DNA of 64,000 bases. It comes from Candidatus Moraniibacteriota bacterium. GTDB taxonomy: Bacteria > Patescibacteriota > Minisyncoccia > Moranbacterales > UBA2206. Positions within the stretch are counted from its first letter, which is position 1. Each line of letters begins with the position of its first letter. The position numbers were made by a program, and so were the translations under genes. Positions 19,765-28,386 of this stretch are shown in pieces. The notes under the pieces are model-generated. The model saw only the letters and a list, made by a program, of their open reading frames with translations. It searched no databases and was not told where the DNA came from. The DNA is taken from positions 9,182 to 73,181 of the forward strand of contig DPJH01000036.1 of the NCBI GenBank assembly GCA_003543115.1. Direction: 5' to 3'.

Positions 19765-20947
19765 TTTGAAAAACCTGGCTTACTTTACCATAATGGCAAT
19801 GCCATTATATATATTTAGATTTTCTATTTTAGGTGTGCCGACCAATGTTTTTGAAATATTGGCTATTGTTAGTATAAGTCTGTTTTTTATCCGTGTTGTG
19901 GGCTCCAAAATTAAGCTTGAAGGCTCTAAAACGTATCTTATGCCTATAATTATGGTATTGGCAGGATTGTTGATTTCCGCGCTCTATAATGACGCGCATC
20001 AAAGCGGCTTTGGCATAATAAAAAGCTGGTTTATAATACCTATTGTTTTTTCCTGGATTTCATTGCAGCTATCAGAAGACAGAAAAGATATTTTAAAGGC
20101 CATGCACGGTTCAGCTTTCTTGGTAGCTTGCTTGTCTTTGCTATATTTTATAGCAGGAGAAACAACTTTTGATGGGAGGTTGCAGGCTTTTTATAATTCT
20201 CCAAATTTTTTAGCGATGTTTCTCGCTCCATCTATCATGATTGGTGTTTTTTTATTGAAAGAGAATAAAAAGATTTATTCGATGACTCTCTCTGTGATGC
20301 TGGTTTCATTGTATTTGACTCAATCATACGCCTCTTGGATAGCTGTTTTCATAGCCATGATTCTTTTATTGTTTCTAAAAAAAGATTTATTAAAAAGGAA
20401 TTTTATATTAATCCTAATGCTCATTTTTATTCTATTCTTTTCCTTGCAAAAAGGAACAGACAAGCTTAATCGCTTTACTAATATGGAGGAAAGGTCTTCT
20501 GCGGCATCTCGAATGATGATTTGGTCATCAGCCATGAAAATAGGCTTGGATAATCCGGCAATAGGCATAGGGCCGGGTAATTTTCAGAATAAATACTTGG
20601 AATACCAAAAATATTTTCCGCCCTATCTTGAATGGGCGGTTCCTCAGCCGCACAATCTATTCTTAGCTTTTTGGCTGCAAGCAGGCGTTTTGGGGATTGT
20701 CGGTTTTTTATGGATTCTTTTTTTGTGGTTTAGGAAATTCATACAAAAAAATGAGAAGCAAAAAGAAGATTACATCTGTTTGGGAATAATAATTTATATC
20801 ATGGTTCACGGATTGTTTGATACGACCTATTTTAAAAATGATTTAGCTGTTATTTTTTGGCTTATAATTTTTTATTATGAAAAACATCTATCCCAAGGAG
20901 ATAGATGTGGAGAATATTTTAACAGGAAATGCAAAACTAAAGCCTGA
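19748..20947 (+). CDS. O-antigen ligase / Wzy_C family membrane protein (second paralog)
   Basis: Has the motif GIGPGNFQNKY...PHNLFLAFWLQAGVLGIVG and is polytopic. Confidence 0.65.
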   Translation: MKEIFNLKNLAYFTIMAMPLYIFRFSILGVPTNVFEILAIVSISLFFIRVVGSKIKLEGSKTYLMPIIMVLAGLLISALYNDAHQSGFGIIKSWFIIPIVFSWISLQLSEDRKDILKAMHGSAFLVACLSLLYFIAGETTFDGRLQAFYNSPNFLAMFLAPSIMIGVFLLKENKKIYSMTLSVMLVSLYLTQSYASWIAVFIAMILLLFLKKDLLKRNFILILMLIFILFFSLQKGTDKLNRFTNMEERSSAASRMMIWSSAMKIGLDNPAIGIGPGNFQNKYLEYQKYFPPYLEWAVPQPHNLFLAFWLQAGVLGIVGFLWILFLWFRKFIQKNEKQKEDYICLGIIIYIMVHGLFDTTYFKNDLAVIFWLIIFYYEKHLSQGDRCGEYFNRKCKTKA

Positions 20948-22088
20948 TCCTATATAGCTTATCATCAATTTTATTCACAAAAAACAGATAGCTCTCATTG
21001 TAGCTAAGAAATAGGCCGGTGGCATCGTAAGTTGTTTTAAGTTCTTCCAGCGGAACTACGCGGGTTTTTTCTCCGGTTTTCAAATTAACTTTCCAAAAAG
21101 TGTCGTTGGTGGTAAAGGAACTATCAAGATAGTCATTAGGTAAGATATTTTTTTCTGAAATAGATCCAGGCAAGGCACAGAATACGAAGCTATTGTTTTT
21201 TGACCAAACACATTTGGAAACGAAAGTGGGCAGTCCGATGTTTTTATATTCTCCGCCTAGGCTGTTGGCAAAGCCTAGTTCCATTTTATGCCCACCCTTT
21301 TGGTCTACATTGCTTCGCAAAAACATGGTTCCGTCGCTGTTCCACAAATAATCAGCGCCAAAAACTCCGGATGACAGTACTTTGGTTTCTCCTCCCATAA
21401 TAGGGGTGGACTGGAATAGTGTTTCGGAAAAGGAGTCAGGCTTATTCCAAAAAGAAATAAAACCTGATTTTGGAACAGGAGCTATGCTAATGCTGTCTGA
21501 GGAAAAGGTAGTAATTTTATTCCAATTTTCTCCATTGGGATCAGAAATATTGATGGATTTCTCTTTATTTTTATTGTCGAAGTAGGTATAAATAATTTTT
21601 TTATTGCTTTGCCATGAGACAGCGCCGATGCTTTCATTGAGCCGAGAGGCTTTTTTGGTCAGATAGTCGAAGAAAGAAAATTTCGGATATCCGGCGCCGC
21701 TCGAAAATTTTGAAATGACCATTCCCTGGTTAGGAGACCAATAAACATCAAGAAGACCGATCAGATTGGCATCAGAAACAACCTTTTTTTCTAAAGTCAA
21801 GAGATCCAATTGATAAACCTTTCCGCTGGATTTGGAATAATATTTCATAGATTCATCGTTGTCTGAGAGTATGGGTGAAATAACGGATTCGTCGGTGATT
21901 TTTTGGATGCGTTCTTCGTTGCCGACAATGCTTGTTTTTTCGACTTGGGCATCATCGGATTTTTTACTGACAACAGCTTCTTTTTCCGGAGAGGGTTTTT
22001 TGAAGGAAAAAATATAGATTCCCCAAAACAAAAGAGTAATCAAGAGGATAGAGGATGATGTAATGAATATTTTTTTTGAGAGAAGCAT
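20937..22088 (-). CDS. membrane-anchored TolB-like beta-propeller protein
   Basis: An N-terminal TM helix is followed by repeated WSPxxxxIxF-like blades (VYWSPNQGMVISKF, VSWQSNKKIIYTYF, LWNSDGTMFL, CVWSKNNSFVFCAL) resembling the WD40-like PF07676 repeat. Confidence 0.5.
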   Translation of the reverse strand: MLLSKKIFITSSSILLITLLFWGIYIFSFKKPSPEKEAVVSKKSDDAQVEKTSIVGNEERIQKITDESVISPILSDNDESMKYYSKSSGKVYQLDLLTLEKKVVSDANLIGLLDVYWSPNQGMVISKFSSGAGYPKFSFFDYLTKKASRLNESIGAVSWQSNKKIIYTYFDNKNKEKSINISDPNGENWNKITTFSSDSISIAPVPKSGFISFWNKPDSFSETLFQSTPIMGGETKVLSSGVFGADYLWNSDGTMFLRSNVDQKGGHKMELGFANSLGGEYKNIGLPTFVSKCVWSKNNSFVFCALPGSISEKNILPNDYLDSSFTTNDTFWKVNLKTGEKTRVVPLEELKTTYDATGLFLSYNESYLFFVNKIDDKLYRIRL

Positions 22089-22105
22089 TTTTTTGTATTT
22101 TAAGC

Positions 22106-23185
22106 TTATTTAGCCAAACATTGTTTTTGGTAGTTTTGAACTTTCTGGACATAGTCCCGGGTTTCTTTATATCCTTGCTTGTTGGGGTTGTTTTTATGGA
22201 CACCTTCTCCTTCCACGCTTCCGTCAGCAAAATAAGGGCATTGCCACGCCGGCATGCTTTCAGGATATCCTGCTCGCCCCTTGCAGGCTTGAGATTCGGC
22301 AAACGGGCCAAGTTTTCCTTCACCAGCCTTTGCTCCTCCTCCGCCATTATAGGATGCGATTAAATCGTCATTTCCTGTATAATAACTGCCTCCATCCGGG
22401 AAAGTTACTTTTTCTGTGCCAGGAGTTGTTTGTTTGCTGGTTGGGAATTTTGTATATGAATTAAGCTGGGATTGGTTTGATTTGAGAAGCTCAGCGGCCT
22501 TTTTGATGCTTTTTTCCGGATCGCTTAACTCCGATGCGCTCATACCGGCGGTATCAGGCTTGATTTGCATGAGTCCATAAGCTCCTTTATTGCTGCCTCC
22601 TACATTAGAATTGCATCCGCTTTCCTGCATGGCAATTCCCTTAAGAAGGCATTGGGTTTCTTTATCCGGAGCAGCTGAATTAAATTGTGAATCATATTTA
22701 TCGCATGCTGGAGAAAGAGATCCTAGTTTGACAGGAGTGCCGGTTGTCGGAGGGGTCTCACCAGGCTTAGTTGGTGTTGTTGGTGCTCCTCCTCCCGTTG
22801 CCGCTCCTCCGCCCTTGGTTCCGCAAATGCCATTTATTTGGGTGAGATCCGGATTGATTTCATACAGAATGAGATAGGAAAAAAAAGCGAGCAACAATCC
22901 TACGATAGCATCAAAAATCACTCCTTTGGCTTTTCCCATGCTGGCATTGTTTCCGGCTGACATGATATACATATAGCCTCCGATTATGATCATAAACATA
23001 GCGCAAATACCGATCACCCAAATCCCGAATTTGTAAACAGCAGAAATATAGTTGCAAAAATTTCCATCAGTCGTAACTCCCGGAATTTTTTCCATGGGAG
23101 TATAATCAAAAGAAGCTAAAACATCCAAAGCAGGCATTGCGATGAAGAGAAGAGCAAAAAAAGGAAGAAGAAATTTTTTAAGCAT
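22106..23185 (-). CDS. VirB1-like cell-wall hydrolase: VirB2/TrbC-like pilin-type membrane anchor fused to SLT lytic transglycosylase domain
   Basis: The N-terminal 130 aa comprise a signal peptide plus two hydrophobic helices separated by a short loop, which is TrbC/VirB2-like topology. A Gly/Pro/Thr linker follows. The C-terminus has the SLT motif AMQESGCNS...GAYGLMQI. Confidence 0.6.
   Translation of the reverse strand: MLKKFLLPFFALLFIAMPALDVLASFDYTPMEKIPGVTTDGNFCNYISAVYKFGIWVIGICAMFMIIIGGYMYIMSAGNNASMGKAKGVIFDAIVGLLLAFFSYLILYEINPDLTQINGICGTKGGGAATGGGAPTTPTKPGETPPTTGTPVKLGSLSPACDKYDSQFNSAAPDKETQCLLKGIAMQESGCNSNVGGSNKGAYGLMQIKPDTAGMSASELSDPEKSIKKAAELLKSNQSQLNSYTKFPTSKQTTPGTEKVTFPDGGSYYTGNDDLIASYNGGGGAKAGEGKLGPFAESQACKGRAGYPESMPAWQCPYFADGSVEGEGVHKNNPNKQGYKETRDYVQKVQNYQKQCLAK
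22789..23185. repeat. direct repeat copy A (~400 bp, 100% identical to 23933-24330)
   Basis: Direct comparison of the two stretches, covering the 5' ends of the two tandem paralogs, showed no mismatch. Confidence 0.85.
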
Positions 23186-23214
23186 AAAAACAGTGCGGTT
23201 AAAACATTTACATT

Positions 23215-24330
23215 TTATTTACAATTATAACATACATCCCAATGATTACCTTCTCTTGCATAAGTGTTTCCAGACGGATCTTTATATAAAGTTGCGCCAT
23301 CGCTACGTGTGCCAGTTTTTTTATAGTTTGTCTGGATATAGTTATTGACTACCGGAGTATCATCGATATCAATTTTATATCCATTCGCATGCGAATAATT
23401 TCCACTTGCGTGTGGGCTGCTTTCTGCTCCTCCGGTAATGACAATTGGTGCGCCAACTTCTTTTTGGAAAGCAATGATGCTGTTAATTGAAGTATCTTTG
23501 AGTCCGCTTATTTTAGTTGCGCCAGGACTTGATTCCCATACGCTGATTTGCCCGTTACTTCTATTTGTTAAATCAGTTCTTGAAGTTGTTTCCGAGGCTG
23601 GGGAGCTTTCAGGACAGGGCTCATTGGTTATAGGATTGCCCCCCTCACATCCATCGGGAGACCTAGAGGTTATGAGTCTTGAGTGTGTGGTGCTTCCGGG
23701 CGTGCACAATGTCCAGGGTGAATATTCAAATTCAGTGCAGGTGTTTCCATTATTGCAAGTCCTGCTGGTAGCTTCTGGTGCTTTGCCGGTGCACCCGATA
23801 GGCAGTCCGGTAGCGGTCCTTGTTTGAGTTTCACTGCCTGTACACTGATCCGGTTCCCAGGATGAATAAGTAAAAGCACTGCATTCCTTGCCTTCTCCAT
23901 AAGGCTTTTCTGTTTCAGTCTTTGTCGTCTCCTCTCCTCCCGTTGCCGCTCCTCCGCCCTTGGTTCCGCAAATGCCATTTATTTGGGTGAGATCCGGATT
24001 GATTTCATACAGAATGAGATAGGAAAAAAAAGCGAGCAACAATCCTACGATAGCATCAAAAATCACTCCTTTGGCTTTTCCCATGCTGGCATTGTTTCCG
24101 GCTGACATGATATACATATAGCCTCCGATTATGATCATAAACATAGCGCAAATACCGATCACCCAAATCCCGAATTTGTAAACAGCAGAAATATAGTTGC
24201 AAAAATTTCCATCAGTCGTAACTCCCGGAATTTTTTCCATGGGAGTATAATCAAAAGAAGCTAAAACATCCAAAGCAGGCATTGCGATGAAGAGAAGAGC
24301 AAAAAAAGGAAGAAGAAATTTTTTAAGCAT
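23215..24330 (-). CDS. paralog with identical pilin-like anchor fused to Cys-rich putative peptidoglycan peptidase (M15-like) domain
   Basis: The first roughly 131 codons are nucleotide-identical to 22106..23185. The C-terminal domain has SPHASGNYSHANGYKIDID and a late HWD, reminiscent of the Zn-peptidase M15 H-x-x-G-x-x-x-D / H arrangement; this is tentative. Confidence 0.45.
   Translation of the reverse strand: MLKKFLLPFFALLFIAMPALDVLASFDYTPMEKIPGVTTDGNFCNYISAVYKFGIWVIGICAMFMIIIGGYMYIMSAGNNASMGKAKGVIFDAIVGLLLAFFSYLILYEINPDLTQINGICGTKGGGAATGGEETTKTETEKPYGEGKECSAFTYSSWEPDQCTGSETQTRTATGLPIGCTGKAPEATSRTCNNGNTCTEFEYSPWTLCTPGSTTHSRLITSRSPDGCEGGNPITNEPCPESSPASETTSRTDLTNRSNGQISVWESSPGATKISGLKDTSINSIIAFQKEVGAPIVITGGAESSPHASGNYSHANGYKIDIDDTPVVNNYIQTNYKKTGTRSDGATLYKDPSGNTYAREGNHWDVCYNCK
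23933..24330. repeat. direct repeat copy B (~400 bp, 100% identical to 22789-23185)
   Basis: Same as copy A: the two stretches are identical by eye with no mismatch. Confidence 0.85.
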
Positions 24331-24338
24331 AAGTTTTT

Positions 24339-27167
24339 CTAATATTCTTTTCTTTCCGGAGAGATGCTGAGGATGAGGCTGCTTGAGAATATGATCAGAG
24401 CAAAGGTTACAATTATTTTAAAAAGGAAGCTTATATATCCAGGCAGGCCTGAGAAAAGGCTGGCTAAAATTTTATTTTCATCTTTTTTCTGATAAGTGAT
24501 TTTTTTCTCTCCATTTATATTATCCGATACTATTACTTTGATTGTTTTAACGATGTCATTTTCCGAAAGGTTTGATCTTGAGATGTTCCATTTGTCATAT
24601 AAGGCTTTTTTTGTGGCTTCGTCTTGTTTGTGCGAAGTGGTGCTAGTTATGGTATAGGAAGCTCCCAGTTGTTTGGTTACGGGAAGATTAAGCGTATTCC
24701 CTCCATCGCTTACGAACGCTTCAATGCTGGAGTTGTTAGTATTTATTATTTCCTCTCCATCTACAGTCCAAGTGGTTGTTCCAAGAGAAGCGGTATTGTT
24801 AGGCGCTTGTAATTTTACCGTAGAGCCTGCTACTGCTTGAAAGAAATCTTTGCTGTAATCATCCCATTGAAGACCTTTGTCCTTATCCACAAATTGTCCC
24901 ATAAGAACAGGCGAAAGATTATTGGGATCGGTAGATTTTATATTGGCAGTTGGCTCGGAGATTGAAAAAGAACGGGTAAGGGTGATTTTTTCGGCAGAAT
25001 CCTTGCCGGCAATATCTAATTTGAGCACATAAGCTTTTCCTATTTCCTCGGTAATAGGAAAATAAATAAGATTATTGTCAGAATTTTCAGGAGAGAGCCT
25101 TTCTCCGTCCAGTGTCCAAGAAAAATTAAATTTGGAAGGATTATATTGTTCAGTTGGAATTCTGGCGGAAATAATTTCATCCGGAGTAACGGGGCATATG
25201 AATTTTTCTGACTCAGCGGTGCATCTTTCTTTTTCTTCATGGGTTAATTTTCCGGTAGCGGCATCAGCCTTAGCGGAATGGACCTTAATTTCTCCTTTGG
25301 AATTTTGAACGGTTATGATCGTAGTTTCTAATCCTTCCTTGGTAACATCAGTTGAAGAATTTTCTTTGGTTTTCAGCGTGGCTCTGACATAAAAAGCACT
25401 GGCATTTTCTGAAATTCCTTTAGCGGCCAAAACCTCTTTCTTAATGGAATCCAGGGGAATGTTCAGTTCTCTCAGTCCGATTCCTTCGAGAGGAAAATTT
25501 CCTCCCAGATCGGTCTGGGTCAAAGAGCGCCAATTGGAAGAATCGGGAGATTCAGCGATAGCCAACTCCCATTTATAATAGGTAAAGCCGCTATCTTCAT
25601 TGTTGGTGGTGTTAGATCGAATGGCAACAGTATCTGAATTTGCTCCTCCGGTGGACGAATCATATTGGGGTTTTGAATTGCTGACAGACAGGTTGTTGTT
25701 TATTTTTTTATAATCCCTTCCAGCGGTTGGTTCAACAAAAGCATCGTCAAGAGATTCATTGATAGATTCTATGGTTGGTTTTTCCGGTTCCTCCTCCCCT
25801 TCTTCCAATTTAGTTTCTGAAGTTTTGCATTCTTGTCCTTCTTCGCCATTATCATCAAAATTAACGCAGACCTCGCAACCTTCGGGATAACTTTTGTCTA
25901 TAAGAATGACTAGATTGGAAGATTCTTCAGCTTTCCATTTGAAAGCAGGGTTGGACTCTTCATATTTTCCAGGTATTCCGGGATTAGCAAATGCTTTGGT
26001 GGTGTTTTCCGAAGAACAGGATATTTGAACGTTGCAATCTCCATCTTTTCCTCCGCAATACGCATCACCTTTTTTATTAAAATGGAAATACCAGTCTCCA
26101 TTTTCTTTTCCATTTCCCATGGTTTTTATAATATCCGGGTTGTTGGAAATAGCCCACATAGTCTTGAAGGAAGAGTCTTTGGTTGAGGTCGAGCCGGTGG
26201 AAATTCCTTCCACTGCCACTCCTATTTTGTCGCCGGGAGAATAGATCCATTTGAATTCCATTTTTCCAAGGCCGGCTACGCTGGCTTCATCCATCACTCC
26301 GCTGCTGGAAGTATCATTGGAATTGGGATCGGTTCTCCAAAAAGATTCTTCTTTGGCTCCGAAATGTCCATCGCCCACTTTCTCATCTTTGAGTCCCGGA
26401 AAAGAGCTGACATCGGGAAAAAGATGTTCACAGCTTTCCATTTCAATGTCCTCTCCCGTCTCTACGTTACGGGCAAAACAATAACTGTTTTTTCCTACCT
26501 GGTCATCTCCTCCGAAAACAGCCAAATATTCGTCGGAATCGTTATTGTTGCCAGATTCACCTTCATATTGATTGGGCAAGGAACAGTGATCAGGCGGATA
26601 TTCGCTTGTACAGTTCGGATCATCTTTGCCAAGAATTTTTTGCCATTCAAAATTCCCCGAAGCGATGATTCGCATAGCTTCAATTTTATAGTCTTCTATA
26701 TCCGTTTCCCCGTCTTTGTTATAATCGCATGATCCGGGCTCTTCTTCGCAACGAGCTCGTTTTAGGAACCATGTAAAATACATATCATTGGGCTTGTTGC
26801 GAAAAAGGGACGTTTCAGCTATAGCGGTCAATTCTTTTCCGGGAATCGGATTGGTCGGAACGAATTGTACATTTACTTGCGGAGCATCTGTTTTGTAACT
26901 CATGTAATTTACTTGGGAAGTCGCCTTTAGAAGCTCTTCTTTTTCCATGCCGAAATCTTCCAAAATCTGAGTGATAATTTTTTTAACACCTGGATCAGCT
27001 TTGATCAATCCGGCAGAGGAAAAAATTCCCGCTTGTCCAAAAATAGAACTGAGAACGTCTCCTTCGGAAGTGTCTGAAGAATCAGCTTTGGATATAAAAG
27101 GAATATTAAGGCCGAGAATTAACGACAAAATCAAGATAAAACAGGATGTCTTTTGAAAAAAATGCAT
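24339..27167 (-). CDS. large (942 aa) Cys-rich secreted/surface protein with C-terminal TM anchor
   Basis: Has an N-terminal signal peptide (MHFFQKTSCFILILSLILGLNIPFISKA), many Cys, Asp/Glu/Asn/Ser-rich stretches, and a C-terminal hydrophobic anchor (IIVTFALIIFSSSLILSI). It is embedded in the T4SS-like operon. Confidence 0.5.
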   Translation of the reverse strand: MHFFQKTSCFILILSLILGLNIPFISKADSSDTSEGDVLSSIFGQAGIFSSAGLIKADPGVKKIITQILEDFGMEKEELLKATSQVNYMSYKTDAPQVNVQFVPTNPIPGKELTAIAETSLFRNKPNDMYFTWFLKRARCEEEPGSCDYNKDGETDIEDYKIEAMRIIASGNFEWQKILGKDDPNCTSEYPPDHCSLPNQYEGESGNNNDSDEYLAVFGGDDQVGKNSYCFARNVETGEDIEMESCEHLFPDVSSFPGLKDEKVGDGHFGAKEESFWRTDPNSNDTSSSGVMDEASVAGLGKMEFKWIYSPGDKIGVAVEGISTGSTSTKDSSFKTMWAISNNPDIIKTMGNGKENGDWYFHFNKKGDAYCGGKDGDCNVQISCSSENTTKAFANPGIPGKYEESNPAFKWKAEESSNLVILIDKSYPEGCEVCVNFDDNGEEGQECKTSETKLEEGEEEPEKPTIESINESLDDAFVEPTAGRDYKKINNNLSVSNSKPQYDSSTGGANSDTVAIRSNTTNNEDSGFTYYKWELAIAESPDSSNWRSLTQTDLGGNFPLEGIGLRELNIPLDSIKKEVLAAKGISENASAFYVRATLKTKENSSTDVTKEGLETTIITVQNSKGEIKVHSAKADAATGKLTHEEKERCTAESEKFICPVTPDEIISARIPTEQYNPSKFNFSWTLDGERLSPENSDNNLIYFPITEEIGKAYVLKLDIAGKDSAEKITLTRSFSISEPTANIKSTDPNNLSPVLMGQFVDKDKGLQWDDYSKDFFQAVAGSTVKLQAPNNTASLGTTTWTVDGEEIINTNNSSIEAFVSDGGNTLNLPVTKQLGASYTITSTTSHKQDEATKKALYDKWNISRSNLSENDIVKTIKVIVSDNINGEKKITYQKKDENKILASLFSGLPGYISFLFKIIVTFALIIFSSSLILSISPERKEY

Positions 27168-27183
27168 AAAATTTAAAAAATAA

Positions 27184-27843
27184 TTACCTTACTAATTCTA
27201 TAATATAAAGGTCTAAAAACAAAATAAAAACAATCCCGGAAAAACAGGAGAAAAGAAACGAACGGCTGTAATAGGAGGCTATTCCTCCGGTTAGGGAAAA
27301 AATAATAAGAGGCGTATATTGCCAGGTCAGTTTTTCGATGAAAAATAGAAAAGAGATGAAGAGAATAAATTGGAAAAAGGGAGCCCAAAAGCCAAATTTT
27401 TTTTCTAAGGTTGTTTGCAAGAAACCGTGAAAAAAAAAGCTTAGAACAAACAAAATAATTCCGATAACGATCAATTCATAAAAAACAAATGCCCAAAAGT
27501 GATTAATGATAAAAATCGGCACTACATATTTTTCTTCTAAATTAAAAAAATAAAAAAGAATAACAGCAATAAAAAAAGAAAACAAGAGCATCAGAGAGGC
27601 CCCAAAAATACCTTTTTTTCTTTCAGAAAAATTTAATCCAAAATCACATAGGTTTTTTTGCAGCACTAGTTTGATAAATAAAGCTGGAAGAAGGACCAGG
27701 AAAAAAGCGATGCGAGAGATGAGTTGCAAGGCGCCCTTAGCAGGAAATGAGATTGCCAAAAATAGGCACGCAAAAGCCACTAGGAAGGTGATTATTTCCC
27801 TTTTCCAATTATGGAGAAAATTAAATATTTTTTGCATATCCAT
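27184..27843 (-). CDS. polytopic membrane protein (possible CPBP/Abi-like)
   Basis: It has about 6 TM helices and lies within the T4SS-like operon. Confidence 0.35.
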   Translation of the reverse strand: MDMQKIFNFLHNWKREIITFLVAFACLFLAISFPAKGALQLISRIAFFLVLLPALFIKLVLQKNLCDFGLNFSERKKGIFGASLMLLFSFFIAVILFYFFNLEEKYVVPIFIINHFWAFVFYELIVIGIILFVLSFFFHGFLQTTLEKKFGFWAPFFQFILFISFLFFIEKLTWQYTPLIIFSLTGGIASYYSRSFLFSCFSGIVFILFLDLYIIELVR

Positions 27844-27871
27844 ACTAAATTTTTTTAGAATTTTTCTGCAG

Positions 27872-28363
27872 CTATTTTTTATTTCCTTGCTCGGCTTTTT
27901 TTCTTTCAGCGAGAGTCATTACGAATGCAACGACAACTAAAACAGTTTCCAGGGGAAGCATTCCTACAGCGGGAATCATTTCGGTAATCGCCGTGCCGAT
28001 CAAAAGAAGGGTTCTTTTGATAATGCTGCGGGCCATTTTTACTTTTCCGGTAGAGCCGGTGATAACCATAATCAGGAAGATGAAAACCGAGATAAAAAAA
28101 GTAAAGATAATGGTTAGAATTTCTCCAATTCCAAAAACGGCGATAAGGACGGTATTGATAATATCCAGCAGATCTTTAAGCATGGCTAGGATAAGCGCAA
28201 TGCCAAACAGCCAATCAATAAAAGGATCGATATATGCGAAAAGCGAAACTGATTTAATGGCAGCGGACGCCCTTTTTCCCCCTTTACTGATAGAATCCTT
28301 AAAAGATCTTTTTTGAACCAGCCTAAGGTTAGAAGCGTAGCTTGAATAAGTTTCTCCTGGCAT
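27872..28363 (-). CDS. small membrane protein of T4SS-like operon
   Basis: Three to four hydrophobic helices sit immediately downstream of the VirB4 ATPase gene. Confidence 0.35.
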   Translation of the reverse strand: MPGETYSSYASNLRLVQKRSFKDSISKGGKRASAAIKSVSLFAYIDPFIDWLFGIALILAMLKDLLDIINTVLIAVFGIGEILTIIFTFFISVFIFLIMVITGSTGKVKMARSIIKRTLLLIGTAITEMIPAVGMLPLETVLVVVAFVMTLAERKKAEQGNKK

Positions 28364-28386
28364 ACTGATTATATGTTAATCATTTT

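Noticed and set aside
22076-22363. 95-aa and 127-aa ORFs overlapping the 5' end of the SLT hydrolase gene and the propeller gene
   Set aside because: They overlap two strongly supported same-region genes in other frames, and no motifs were recognised.
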